From assembly GCA_964016885.1 (NCBI GenBank), contig OZ024742.1, positions 228,842,001 to 228,906,000 on the forward strand: 64,000 nt of DNA. Reading direction: 5' to 3'. A program made the position numbers and the translations under genes. The DNA is from Eledone cirrhosa. Lineage: Eukaryota. Shown in pieces: positions 1 through 13,861 of this stretch (the first letter of the stretch is position 1; each line of letters starts with the position of its first letter). The notes under the pieces were generated by a model, which had not been told where the DNA came from, did no database searches, and saw only the letters and a program-made list of their open reading frames with translations.

Positions 1-12
1 AACCGAAGGAGC

Positions 13-200
13 CAAATAGTAATAATAATATATTTGAACACTAAAATCCAAAGAGGGCTCGATAAGGATAAATATATATAAAATATATAAGAACCGTAGA
101 GCAAATATTTATTAAAATAACAGATTAAAGTTTAAGCAAAGAATCGCTGCTTTCATACTTAACAGGATCTTCTGAAACTAACAAAGTCAATCTGTGAAAG
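13..200 (-). mobile_element. Small non-coding (TA)n-associated element, family B (other copies 28278-28690, 33541-33724, fragment ~58255-58293)
   Basis: The sequence GGGCTCGATAAGGATA...AAAGAATCGCTGCTTTCA...GGATCTTCTGAAAC recurs at about 28500-28580 and 33541-33660. The other copies are fold-back palindromes flanked by (TA)n. Strand is inferred from a CAGAAGA...GAAA HHR-like motif and the 3' motif. Confidence 0.6.
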
Positions 201-1127
201 CACTCGCCATAGGTATACAAATACACGCACGTACACACAAAAAAACCCCCAAAACCCACAAGCACATACAGAACCCACGCAACGCCTGTACCCGCACGCA
301 TACGAAATGTATAACCTGTAAAATAAGCCCCCATATTAACTGTAAAACTAGAAATGTAGTATATAGCATAAGATGTACTGAAGGACAATGTAGAGACAAA
401 AATATAGTGTACATAGGTGAGACAGCTCGTAGTGTAGGGGAACGGATAAATGAACACTGGCGAGATCTTCAAGATAGTAAAGAATCATCTGTACTCTACC
501 AACATGCTAAAATAGAACATAAGGGTAAATTAGAGAACATAGAAATAAAAATAGAATCTACAACCAGAAAAGACGCAATGTTTAGACAAATGACAGAGGC
601 AATAAACATAAAAGAATTACAACCAAAATTAAATAGAAAATATGAGTGGAACAGCAACATCACAACTTACAATTAAGGACAAAATGAAAACACACACGCA
701 CACAGAACAAACAATCAGCCGGTAACATGTAAAGAAACAAATAAATAAACGAATATAAACACACACAGATACCCGGATGTGGCGCATGCGCAGACTGAGC
801 ACACAACACACACACAGAAACAAAATGGCGTAGGACAGAACAAAGGAGAGGCACAAAAACAAAGAAAAGAATCCCCAGTCACTGAAGAGGTCACAGAATG
901 TGTGACCAAAGAACTTTGACAATATATAAACAACCATCTGGTTGTGGAACCACCAACCAACCGGAAATTTATAAATTCCTCAATTTATAAATTTATTATA
1001 ATAAATTGAAGTGAAAGCAACTGGTACGTGTGTTTCTTATTGGCAACATGACCCTCCCAAAGTATAACAATATCGGTTTCAACACACGTTTTCAGATAAA
1101 GAATCTTGCTAAACAAATTCAGAAACG

Positions 1128-1128
<1 letters not shown>
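194..1128 (+). mobile_element. 3' fragment of a Penelope-like retroelement (Neptune/Nematis-like): GIY-YIG endonuclease plus 3' UTR/pLTR
   Basis: ORF 194-676 contains CxxC..NCKTRNVVYSIRC..YIGETARSVGERINEHW..E A INI..P.LN, a PLE GIY-YIG domain. It is highly similar to 34659-35450 (minus strand) and ends at a (TA)n tract. Confidence 0.9.
878..920 (+). ncRNA. Type I hammerhead ribozyme-like motif in the PLE 3' UTR (G12 missing in this copy)
   Basis: gtca-CTGAAGA-ggtcaca(gaatg)tgtgacc-AAA-gaac-TT-tgac. Stem I is gtca/tgac and stem II is 7 bp. Homologous to the motif at 41354-41395. Confidence 0.7.
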
Positions 1129-1180
<52 letters not shown>

Positions 1181-1306
1181 AATATAGACATAGAATATTC
1201 GAAAATATTCTGTATGTTTATAATAAACATTTTGAAGACCTAATCGCTATAGAATAGAATACGTCACGTATTACAATTAGATTCTCGATAAAAGCAAGGG
1301 AAGTAA

Positions 1307-2898
1307 GTCTACGCGTTTCATTCTTGTTAGAATTCATCAGGACTACATATCCAGTGCTTTTATCGAGAATGACACAGCTAGAGACTTATAGAATACTTAG
1401 CTGTGTACAGGAACTGGTTTGAAAGAGCGGTTGCCGGTCCGGCAGAAATTAGAAATTGGAATAAATGCTCTGAAATAGCGATATATATGTGAATATAGAC
1501 ATAGAATATTCGAAAATATTCTGTATGTTTATAATAAACATTTTGAAGACCTAATCGCTATAGAATAGAATACGTCACGTATTACAATTAGATTCTCGAT
1601 AAAAGCAAGGGAAGTAAGTCTACGCGTTTCATTCTTGTTAGAATTCATCAGGACTACATATCCAGTGCTTTTATCGAGAATGACACAGCTAGAGACTTAT
1701 AGAATACTTAGCTGTGTACAGGAACTGGTTTGAAAGAGCGGTTGCCGGTCCGGCAGAAATTAGAAATTGGAATAAATGCTCTGAAATAGCGATATATATG
1801 TGAATATAGACATAGAATATTCGAAAATATTCTGTATGTTTATAATAAACATTTTGAAGACCTAATCGCTATAGAATAGAATACGTCACGTATTACAATT
1901 AGATTCTCGATAAAAGCAAGGGAAGTAAGTCTACGCGTTTCATTCTTGTTAGAATTCATCAGGACTACATATCCAGTGCTTTTATCGAGAATGACACAGC
2001 TAGAGACTTATAGAATACTTAGCTGTGTACAGGAACTGGTTTGAAAGAGCGGTTGCCGGTCCGGCAGAAATTAGAAATTGGAATAAATGCTCTGAAATAG
2101 CGATATATATGTGAATATAGACATAGAATATTCGAAAATATTCTGTATGTTTATAATAAACATTTTGAAGACCTAATCGCTATAGAATAGAATACGTCAC
2201 GTATTACAATTAGATTCTCGATAAAAGCAAGGGAAGTAAGTCTACGCGTTTCATTCTTGTTAGAATTCATCAGGACTACATATCCAGTGCTTTTATCGAG
2301 AATGACACAGCTAGAGACTTATAGAATACTTAGCTGTGTACAGGAACTGGTTTGAAAGAGCGGTTGCCGGTCCGGCAGAAATTAGAAATTGGAATAAATG
2401 CTCTGAAATAGCGATATATATGTGAATATAGACATAGAATATTCGAAAATATTCTGTATGTTTATAATAAACATTTTGAAGACCTAATCGCTATAGAATA
2501 GAATACGTCACGTATTACAATTAGATTCTCGATAAAAGCAAGGGAAGTAAGTCTACGCGTTTCATTCTTGTTAGAATTCATCAGGACTACATATCCAGTG
2601 CTTTTATCGAGAATGACACAGCTAGAGACTTATAGAATACTTAGCTGTGTACAGGAACTGGTTTGAAAGAGCGGTTGCCGGTCCGGCAGAAATTAGAAAT
2701 TGGAATAAATGCTCTGAAATAGCGATATATATGTGAATATAGACATAGAATATTCGAAAATATTCTGTATGTTTATAATAAACATTTTGAAGACCTAATC
2801 GCTATAGAATAGAATACGTCACGTATTACAATTAGATTCTCGATAAAAGCAAGGGAAGTAAGTCTACGCGTTTCATTCTTGTTAGAATTCATCAGGAC
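1307..2898 (-). ncRNA. Six minimal type I hammerhead ribozymes (37 nt each, starting at 1307, 1618, 1929, 2240, 2551, 2862)
   Basis: Reverse complement of gtc-CTGATGA-attct(aaca)agaat-GAAA-CGCG-TA-gac in each unit. Confidence 0.9.
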
Positions 2899-3081
2899 TA
2901 CATATCCAGTGCTTTTATCGAGAATGACACAGCTAGAGACTTATAGAATACTTAGCTGTGTACAGGAACTGGTTTGAAAGAGCGGTTGCCGGTCCCGCTC
3001 TTTCAAACCAGTTCCTGTACACAGCTAAGTATTCTATAAGTCTCTAGCTGTGTCATTCTCGATAAAAGCACTGGATATGTA

Positions 3082-4673
3082 GTCCTGATGAATTCTAACA
3101 AGAATGAAACGCGTAGACTTACTTCCCTTGCTTTTATCGAGAATCTAATTGTAATACGTGACGTATTCTATTCTATAGCGATTAGGTCTTCAAAATGTTT
3201 ATTATAAACATACAGAATATTTTCGAATATTCTATGTCTATATTCACATATATATCGCTATTTCAGAGCATTTATTCCAATTTCTAATTTCTGCCGGACC
3301 GGCAACCGCTCTTTCAAACCAGTTCCTGTACACAGCTAAGTATTCTATAAGTCTCTAGCTGTGTCATTCTCGATAAAAGCACTGGATATGTAGTCCTGAT
3401 GAATTCTAACAAGAATGAAACGCGTAGACTTACTTCCCTTGCTTTTATCGAGAATCTAATTGTAATACGTGACGTATTCTATTCTATAGCGATTAGGTCT
3501 TCAAAATGTTTATTATAAACATACAGAATATTTTCGAATATTCTATGTCTATATTCACATATATATCGCTATTTCAGAGCATTTATTCCAATTTCTAATT
3601 TCTGCCGGACCGGCAACCGCTCTTTCAAACCAGTTCCTGTACACAGCTAAGTATTCTATAAGTCTCTAGCTGTGTCATTCTCGATAAAAGCACTGGATAT
3701 GTAGTCCTGATGAATTCTAACAAGAATGAAACGCGTAGACTTACTTCCCTTGCTTTTATCGAGAATCTAATTGTAATACGTGACGTATTCTATTCTATAG
3801 CGATTAGGTCTTCAAAATGTTTATTATAAACATACAGAATATTTTCGAATATTCTATGTCTATATTCACATATATATCGCTATTTCAGAGCATTTATTCC
3901 AATTTCTAATTTCTGCCGGACCGGCAACCGCTCTTTCAAACCAGTTCCTGTACACAGCTAAGTATTCTATAAGTCTCTAGCTGTGTCATTCTCGATAAAA
4001 GCACTGGATATGTAGTCCTGATGAATTCTAACAAGAATGAAACGCGTAGACTTACTTCCCTTGCTTTTATCGAGAATCTAATTGTAATACGTGACGTATT
4101 CTATTCTATAGCGATTAGGTCTTCAAAATGTTTATTATAAACATACAGAATATTTTCGAATATTCTATGTCTATATTCACATATATATCGCTATTTCAGA
4201 GCATTTATTCCAATTTCTAATTTCTGCCGGACCGGCAACCGCTCTTTCAAACCAGTTCCTGTACACAGCTAAGTATTCTATAAGTCTCTAGCTGTGTCAT
4301 TCTCGATAAAAGCACTGGATATGTAGTCCTGATGAATTCTAACAAGAATGAAACGCGTAGACTTACTTCCCTTGCTTTTATCGAGAATCTAATTGTAATA
4401 CGTGACGTATTCTATTCTATAGCGATTAGGTCTTCAAAATGTTTATTATAAACATACAGAATATTTTCGAATATTCTATGTCTATATTCACATATATATC
4501 GCTATTTCAGAGCATTTATTCCAATTTCTAATTTCTGCCGGACCGGCAACCGCTCTTTCAAACCAGTTCCTGTACACAGCTAAGTATTCTATAAGTCTCT
4601 AGCTGTGTCATTCTCGATAAAAGCACTGGATATGTAGTCCTGATGAATTCTAACAAGAATGAAACGCGTAGAC
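3082..4673 (+). ncRNA. Six minimal type I hammerhead ribozymes (starting at 3082, 3393, 3704, 4015, 4326, 4637)
   Basis: gtc-CTGATGA-attct(aaca)agaat-GAAA-CGCG-TA-gac. It has the canonical CUGAUGA/GAAA core, a GUA cleavage triplet and a palindromic ACGCGU stem III, and is enclosed by a 16-bp stem ATTCTCGATAAAAGCA/TGCTTTTATCGAGAAT. Confidence 0.92.
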
Positions 4674-4956
4674 TTACTTCCCTTGCTTTTATCGAGAATC
4701 TAATTGTAATACGTGACGTATTCTATTCTATAGCGATTAGGTCTTCAAAATGTTTATTATAAACATACAGAATATTTTCGAATATTCTATGTCTATATTC
4801 ACATATATATCGCTATTTCAGAGCATTTATTCCAATATATATATATATATATAAAATTGAAAAAGTGAAGAATAACATGGTCAACAGTACAACAAACTAT
4901 CCATAATAAGTACTCACAACCTCTAACTGGATTACCTATAACGATATTTTGTTATC

Positions 4957-5020
<64 letters not shown>

Positions 5021-5070
5021 GTACAAACACGTATATATATATACATATATGTATTAACATTTATCATATA

Positions 5071-5192
5071 ACTGACACGCGTTTCGCCGGTCTACAAGTG
5101 AACAAGATCTAGAAATATTAGTCCGATAGGATTTATCGGAGAATTCAATTTCCAATATTTTGTATCCACGTGGTAAATCAGCTCCTCGGAAT
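5071..5192 (-). ncRNA. Degenerate hammerhead-like motif with a ~100-nt stem II
   Basis: att-CCGAGGA-gctgatttacca...(long imperfect hairpin)...tgtagaccggc-GAAAC-gcgt-GTC-agt. Confidence 0.4.
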
Positions 5193-5234
5193 GAAGCACT
5201 GTTTATCATTCGCTTTAATTATTATATTATATTA

Positions 5235-5422
5235 GGTGGATTGGCAGTATCGGTAGAGGGTCGGACGACATGCTTTGCAGCAAAGAGTTACGGCCCTTTA
5301 TGGTCTGAGTTCAAATCCCGCCGAGGCTAACTTTGCCTTTCATCCTTACGGGGTCGATGAAATAAAGTACCAGTAATGCACTGAGTAATTGCTGGCCTTG
5401 TGCCAAAAGTAGAAACAATTAT
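5235..5422 (+). mobile_element. tRNA-derived SINE (~190 bp; abundant family, >20 copies in window)
   Basis: A box TGGCAGTATCGG, B box GAGTTCAAATCC, conserved core GCCTTTCATCCTTACGGGGTCGATAAAATAAAGTACC and an AAACAATTATT tail. Confidence 0.85.
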
Positions 5423-5879
5423 GTTATATTTATATATATATATTCTTCGTCTTCTTCGGCCGAGTTTACACTCGCAAAGATTCAGCACGCTTTCTCCAAT
5501 CGTCCCGGTCGAGCTTGACATTACTCAGTTCGTCTATGTTATCATTCATAGAGTAATTATAGGAACACGGCGCAAGGAAGCTATTAAAACAACAAAAGGC
5601 CATCAATGGCGGCGTCGGGTAAAACTTACCTCAAAGGATAGAAATCCAAGGTTAGAAGTGTGTTGGCCCGTAGGCGTGATAGGAAGAAATGAGAAAGTGA
5701 TAAAATAGTCGAGAGGGGATCTCACAAACATTAAATTTCCTCCTCCTTCTCCTCCTTCTTCTTCTGATTTCAGTTTAACCCAAAAGTCACCCCCCCCCCA
5801 TATCTTAACTTTAGACGCCTTTACTGCTTATGCTCCGACTTTTCACGTCTGCTTGTACGGCACGTGCAAGAAGGAGGAT

Positions 5880-6430
5880 TTATTTCCAAGCCATGTTTTG
5901 AAAGCCGTTATCTTTTACTAGAATGGTATCTTTGATCATTTGATTTAACCATGGGGTACACATGCCACCCGGCGCCACACCAAACCACTTATACCCGCAG
6001 CATTTAAAAGCTGAAGCAGATTCTGTTGAACTGAACAGTCTCCACTCCGTTCCAACGTCATCAGTTTTCTCTGGGTGTTCTCTGAATTTGGATGCAATAG
6101 TATCCACATACACGGTACTGACTTCCTTATCTGCCAGCGCTTTCCTCTTTATCTTTATCCTGTAGGTCGACCTGGATTAGCCAGTTTTGTAGGTTTCTTT
6201 GGCTTTAGGTAGTCTCAATTTGTTGGTAATTTGATGGTTGACAGCTCAGCCACTCTCTTAACACGAACATCTAGCACAGAATTGAAGAGATCAGAGATAA
6301 TAACAAAAACAATTGTTGATCTTTGTTCTCGATCCCCCTTATCCCATGTGTATTTATGGATGTCTTTGTGCCGAAAGAAGTTCATAAGGGGGTGTCCATT
6401 GCTAGAATAGAAGTCTGATAAGGACTCTCC
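5880..6430 (-). pseudogene. RTE-clade LINE fragment (C-terminal part of the AP endonuclease)
   Basis: Translation FFRHKDIHKYTW...RSTIVFVIISDL..VLDVRVKRVAELST resembles the NTFF.HK..HKYTW...DVRVKRGAEL.TDH APE signature of RTE elements. Confidence 0.7.
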
Positions 6431-7092
6431 ATTATATACATACAAATATAAAAATAGAAAAACATACACACATATATTTATATATGCTAACACGTTTTGT
6501 TGAATATAGTGATGCATTATTGGAATCTATCTATGTCAATTAGCTAGCCATCCAATTAACGAACCATCCAACTGACAAGCCATTCACTCGACTAGTAATG
6601 CAGCTATCCACCCATTTTCTCAACCAAACATCCATCCATCCAACCATCAACACAAACAGCCATCCATCCAATCAGCCAATCAGACAATCAACCCAGTTAT
6701 CAGCAATGTGTGTCAGAAACAATGCAAGCAGTAAAGCTGTGGTGTAATAAAACTAACACAAGAAACGTATCTCCTATTTTATTCGATAACAAAAAGAAAA
6801 AATTCGATTGTGGAAATGAAGTTGTGGCAAAAATGGCCGCCAGCTGTGTGAATGTATCAGAGTTTTCACGCTGGAGCAACATTACTTCACACTATTGCTT
6901 CCTTACAAGCTCATTCATACACCCACCCAGACGCGTACACGCACGCACACACACACACGCACACACACACACACACGCACATATATATGTATATATATAT
7001 GTATATATATGTATTGTTATACTTGGGGAGGGTCATATTTGTGTAATATTGCCAGAATTAATTCATCGCCGTTATATATATGTATATATACA

Positions 7093-7131
<39 letters not shown>

Positions 7132-7132
7132 C

Positions 7133-7179
<47 letters not shown>

Positions 7180-7183
<4 letters not shown>

Positions 7184-7287
7184 CGAAGGAAATGTGGTAA
7201 GGAACCAGATGGACCATAACGCACCAAAGTACTCAATACTTAGGGTAGTTGAGTGGGTAATAGGAACAAGAAGGACACCTACTTGTT

Positions 7288-7290
<3 letters not shown>
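7180..7290. mobile_element. Family C small (TA)n-inserted element, short fold-back copy
   Basis: AACGAAGGAAATGTGGTAAGGAACCAG...AAGTACTCAATAC matches 55288-55497 and 46386-46583. It ends in the hairpin AGGAACAAG...CTTGTTCCT. Confidence 0.7.
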
Positions 7291-7357
<67 letters not shown>

Positions 7358-7817
7358 CATACACACACACACACACATACACACATATATAAATGCACAC
7401 GTATGTGTGTATGTGTTTAAACTAGTGCATCCTAGTTGCTTTACTCTCCTTCTCAAACGAAACCCCAATCTCCCAAATGAAATTACGGTAAACACTAAAT
7501 ATTAAATTATAAATAAAAGAATATCTCATAATCTTTGATATTTCAATAATTAACATGGAACTATAAGAATATAACCTAAATACCCTTTATTCGTAGACAC
7601 ACAGTCTTGTTTGCATGAGGCGTGGAACATTGGAAACACACGAAAGATATAATCTAAGACGGCAAGAAATTTTCGAAAATATAATAGAAAATTTATTGCT
7701 TCTACAATTATCATATATTTATAATTATATAGAAATATGTAGTTCAATATATTGACACAAATAGAATTAGCTGATTTCTATATAGCTTCTAACATATGTT
7801 GGTCGTAAGTCCATTAC

Positions 7818-8232
7818 CAGCATCATCGACATCGTCGTTATATCTGTGTTGTCGTCGTTGGTGTCATCATTCTCATCGTTGTCGTTGTTGTCGTCGAAAT
7901 CATCATCATCATCATCATCATAATCATCATCATCATCATCATCAACATCATCTTCAGAGTCATAATCTTCTTCATCTTTTTCAGCATCGACATAATCTTT
8001 ATGATCGTCATCATCATCATCGTGTTCGTCGTATTTAACATCATCACCATCATCATCATCATCAACATAATCTTCAGATTCATCATCGTCTTCATCTTTT
8101 TCAGCATCGACATGAATCTTTATGATCGTCACCATTATCATCATCGTGTTCATCGTATTTAACATCATCATCATCATCATCATCATCATCATTCATCATC
8201 ATCATCATCATCACCACCATCATCATTGTCAT
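7818..8232. repeat. (CAT/ATG)n compound microsatellite with an internal ~120-bp duplication
   Basis: ATC repeats; TTCATCTTTTTCAGCATCGACAT occurs at ~7971 and ~8091. Confidence 0.85.
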
Positions 8233-8569
8233 CGTCCCTATCAATTCCATCCTTCTCTTCCACCTTCCTTCTCCGCTTTCATCCAATTTCCCCCCCCCCC
8301 CCCACTTTCGTCATTATCGCCACATTCATTATCAATTTATAACAAGAAAGTACTTCTATGTAATCATTTTGTAAAATACATTAATAATCAAATTATTATA
8401 TATTCACATAGGATTTTATATGCTATTTAACGTGTCATTTCTCCCGTGGAATCCAACAGAAGTTAGAGAAATCAGCATTATTTCCAGAAAATTCTAGAAC
8501 TCCTATCTTGACAATCTTTGAGACAAAATGAAAAGAGAAAAATATGCTGATTCTAGGATCCTCTTTGTC

Positions 8570-8628
<59 letters not shown>

Positions 8629-8928
8629 AGTATATATATATATACACAAGTATATATATATATATACACATATATATATATATATATACATGTATATATA
8701 TATATAGATATATATGTATGTATATATATATGCATATATATATATACACACATATATATATACATGTATATATACATGTATGTATATATATATGCATATA
8801 TATATATACACACTTATATATATACATGTATATATACATGTATATATATATGCATATATATATATATATACATGTATATATACATGTATATATATATATA
8901 TACATATATATATACATGTATATATATA

Positions 8929-8984
<56 letters not shown>

Positions 8985-8991
<7 letters not shown>

Positions 8992-9528
8992 ATACTTGGG
9001 GAGGGTCATATTTGTGTAATATAGCCAGAATTAATAACAGAACACACTCACTGTTTGGTTGGTTTTCGTTTTTCGCTTCTGTGTCTTTTATATCGGTAAT
9101 CTAATTTATTCGGTCCTCAATGTCTGACCAACGGTAAAAAATACAGATACAATATAGACACAAACACATATATATAGCTTATTAAAAGTTCTTTCGTTAC
9201 ACATCCGAACGGGAGGAAACAATAGCACCACTCACGATGTTGCAGATGTGCAACGAAAGAACTTTAATAAGCTATATATGTGTGTTTGTGTCTATATTAT
9301 ATCTGTATTTTTGACCGCTGGTCAATCAATGGCAACATTGAGGACCGAATAAATTAGATTACCGATATAAAAGACACAGAGGCGAAAAGCGAAAACCAAC
9401 CAAACAGTGAGTGTGTTCTGTTATTAATTCTGGCAATATTACACAAATATGACCCTCCCCAAGTATAACAATATTTGTTTCGACACACAATTACATATCA
9501 AAAACCTCGCAAAACTAATTCATCGCTG

Positions 9529-9530
<2 letters not shown>
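8985..9530. mobile_element. Head-to-head inverted pair of PLE 3' ends (solo pLTR of the 41157-45206 family) within (TA)n
   Basis: 8985-9200 is the reverse complement of ~9245-9472, and both match 41157-41412. A mutated HHR (CTCACGA...GAAA) lies at ~9227-9268. Confidence 0.85.
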
Positions 9531-9569
<39 letters not shown>

Positions 9570-9801
9570 TTTACCGAAAGAAGGGGAAATTTATTTTTCC
9601 AAGCACTCAAGGTAGGCCTATGCATCAGGAGGCCGATCTCGCAGCCAGGAAAACGAACACAACAGTCCGACAGAATATTGGAACTTTAAATTTTTGTTTA
9701 GATTTATAGGATGAAGTTAAAAAAATTAAAGATTAACATTATCAAATAAAAAAATAAAAAAATTGAAAATCAAACATTAGACAGTGGTGAACCTTCAAAT
9801 C

Positions 9802-9916
<115 letters not shown>

Positions 9917-10249
9917 GAGTATATGTTCCTACACGCACAAGGCGCTAAGGGACACATGTATTGTCCAACCATATGCCAATGTGGTTGAATGGCAGGTTAA
10001 TAAATTAACGAGCCAGACCATATATAATCAAGGTTTAGCAAATAAGAAAAAGTTTCAAAATAAATGTTATCTTTACACACGGCACTTGAAAGAATTGCTT
10101 CCACTTCATTTACTCTCATCTCGGGAACAATTTTGAATAGCGCCAGTTCGTAATTTGAACTCGGGAATTTTATATTCTCCGAGTGAAAAGATCCTTCTGA
10201 CGAGAGTTTTTCTCTGCCACGAATGCCGTATGGACTTCAGTCGGCCGGG

Positions 10250-11872
<1,623 letters not shown>

Positions 11873-11884
11873 GCATATATATAT

Positions 11885-12557
<673 letters not shown>

Positions 12558-12669
12558 TATCGGTTGACAACTGACTGGTAATAACATGGAAGACATTTGT
12601 AAAATTACACGGAAGCGGGAAAGAAAGAAAGAAACTGGAGAGATGATAAGATGAATAATAGATAAACAC

Positions 12670-12856
12670 GTGATGATGAAGTTGACGATGACGATAACGA
12701 TGATGATGACTATGATGATGAGGACAATGATGATGGTGACGACGACGACAATGATGATGGTGGTAACGGTGATGATGCTGACGATGACGATGACGGCCAC
12801 CTCGACGACGGCGATGATGATGATGAAAATGATGATGTTGATAATGATGATGATGA
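12670..12856. repeat. (GAT/GAC)n microsatellite
   Basis: Direct observation. Confidence 0.85.
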
Positions 12857-12858
12857 CA

Positions 12859-13714
12859 ATAATTGTTTCTACTTTTTGGCACGAGGCCAGCAACTATTCC
12901 AGTGTATTACTGGTACTTTATTTTATCGACCCCGTAAGGACGAAAGGCAAAGTAAACCTCTGCGGGATTTGAACTCAGACTGCGAAGGGACGTAACTATG
13001 CTAGAAAGCATGGCGTCCAACCCTCTACTGATACTGCCAATTCGATGATAATAATTGTTTCTACTTTAGGCACAAGGCCAGCAATTACCCAGTGCATTAC
13101 TGGTACTTTATTTTATCGACCTCGTAAGGATGAAAGGCAAAGTCAACCTCGGCGGGATTCGATGATAATAATGATGATTAAAACAACAACAATTCCAATG
13201 CTAATAATTGTTTCTGCTTTTGGCAAAGGCCAGCAATTACCCAGTAAATAAAGTACCAGTAATGTTCTGGGTACTTATTGGCCTTGTGCCATAGTAGAAA
13301 CAATTATTAGTGGATTGGCAGTATCGGTAGAGGGTCGGACGCCATGCTTTCCAGCATAGTTACGTCCCTTTACGATCTGAGTTCAAATCCCGCCGAGGTT
13401 AACTTTGCCTTTCATCCTTTTGGGGTCGATAAAATAAAGTACCAGTAATGCACTGGATAATTGCTGGCCTTGTGCCTAAAGTAGAAACAATTATTAACAT
13501 TAGAATTGTTGTTGTTTTAATCATCTAATGCGAATAATTGTTTCTACGTTTGGCACAAGGCCAGCAATTAAACCAGTGCATTACTGGTACTTTATTTTAT
13601 CGATCCTGTAAGGATGAAAGGCAAAGTTAACCTCGGCGGGATTTGAAATCAAGGGCCGTAACTCTATGTATCAAAGCATGGCGTCCGACCCTCTACCGAT
13701 ACTGCCAATCCACC
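12859..13714. mobile_element. Cluster of tRNA-SINE copies in both orientations (12859-13043 -, 13051-13160 -, 13204-13307 fragments, 13308-13495 +, 13533-13714 -)
   Basis: Same consensus as 5235-5422. Confidence 0.85.
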
Positions 13715-13861
13715 ATAATAATTTTAGTAGTAATTATTTCCTTTTAAAATACTAAAGAGAAGTGAAAACAATGAAATACATGGAAATTTGTTTTTTAAAA
13801 GTTGACATTAATTTGTTGGTACCTTGATTACTAAATTACTGCATTAAACAATGAATCTATG

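Larger units (their letters stand above)
1171..4836. repeat. 311-bp tandem array arranged as a giant palindrome: ~5.8 units with sense on minus (1171-2985), 9-nt spacer, ~5.9 units with sense on plus (2995-4836); retrozyme-like
   Basis: Period is 311 (AATATAGACATAG at 1181, 1492, 1803...). The inversion is at GAGCGG-ttgccggtc-CCGCTC (2980-3000). (TA)n flanks both sides, and I saw no differences between units by eye. Confidence 0.95.

Noticed and set aside
1068-1100. Antisense HHR-like CTGAAAA...GAAA in the PLE tail (also ~9470-9500 and ~45155-45185)
   Set aside because: It is opposite to the element's sense, the core is not conserved between copies, and stem I is not paired.
1171-4836. CRISPR-like array or ordinary centromeric satellite
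   Set aside because: There are no unique spacers. The array is short, inverted, TA-flanked and has a ribozyme in each unit.
5235-5325. tRNA gene
   Set aside because: A and B boxes are present, but there is no intact cloverleaf and it is followed by the SINE core and tail, repeated more than 20 times.
10197-10215. CTGACGA-gag(ttttt)ctc
   Set aside because: No GAAA or stem III follows.
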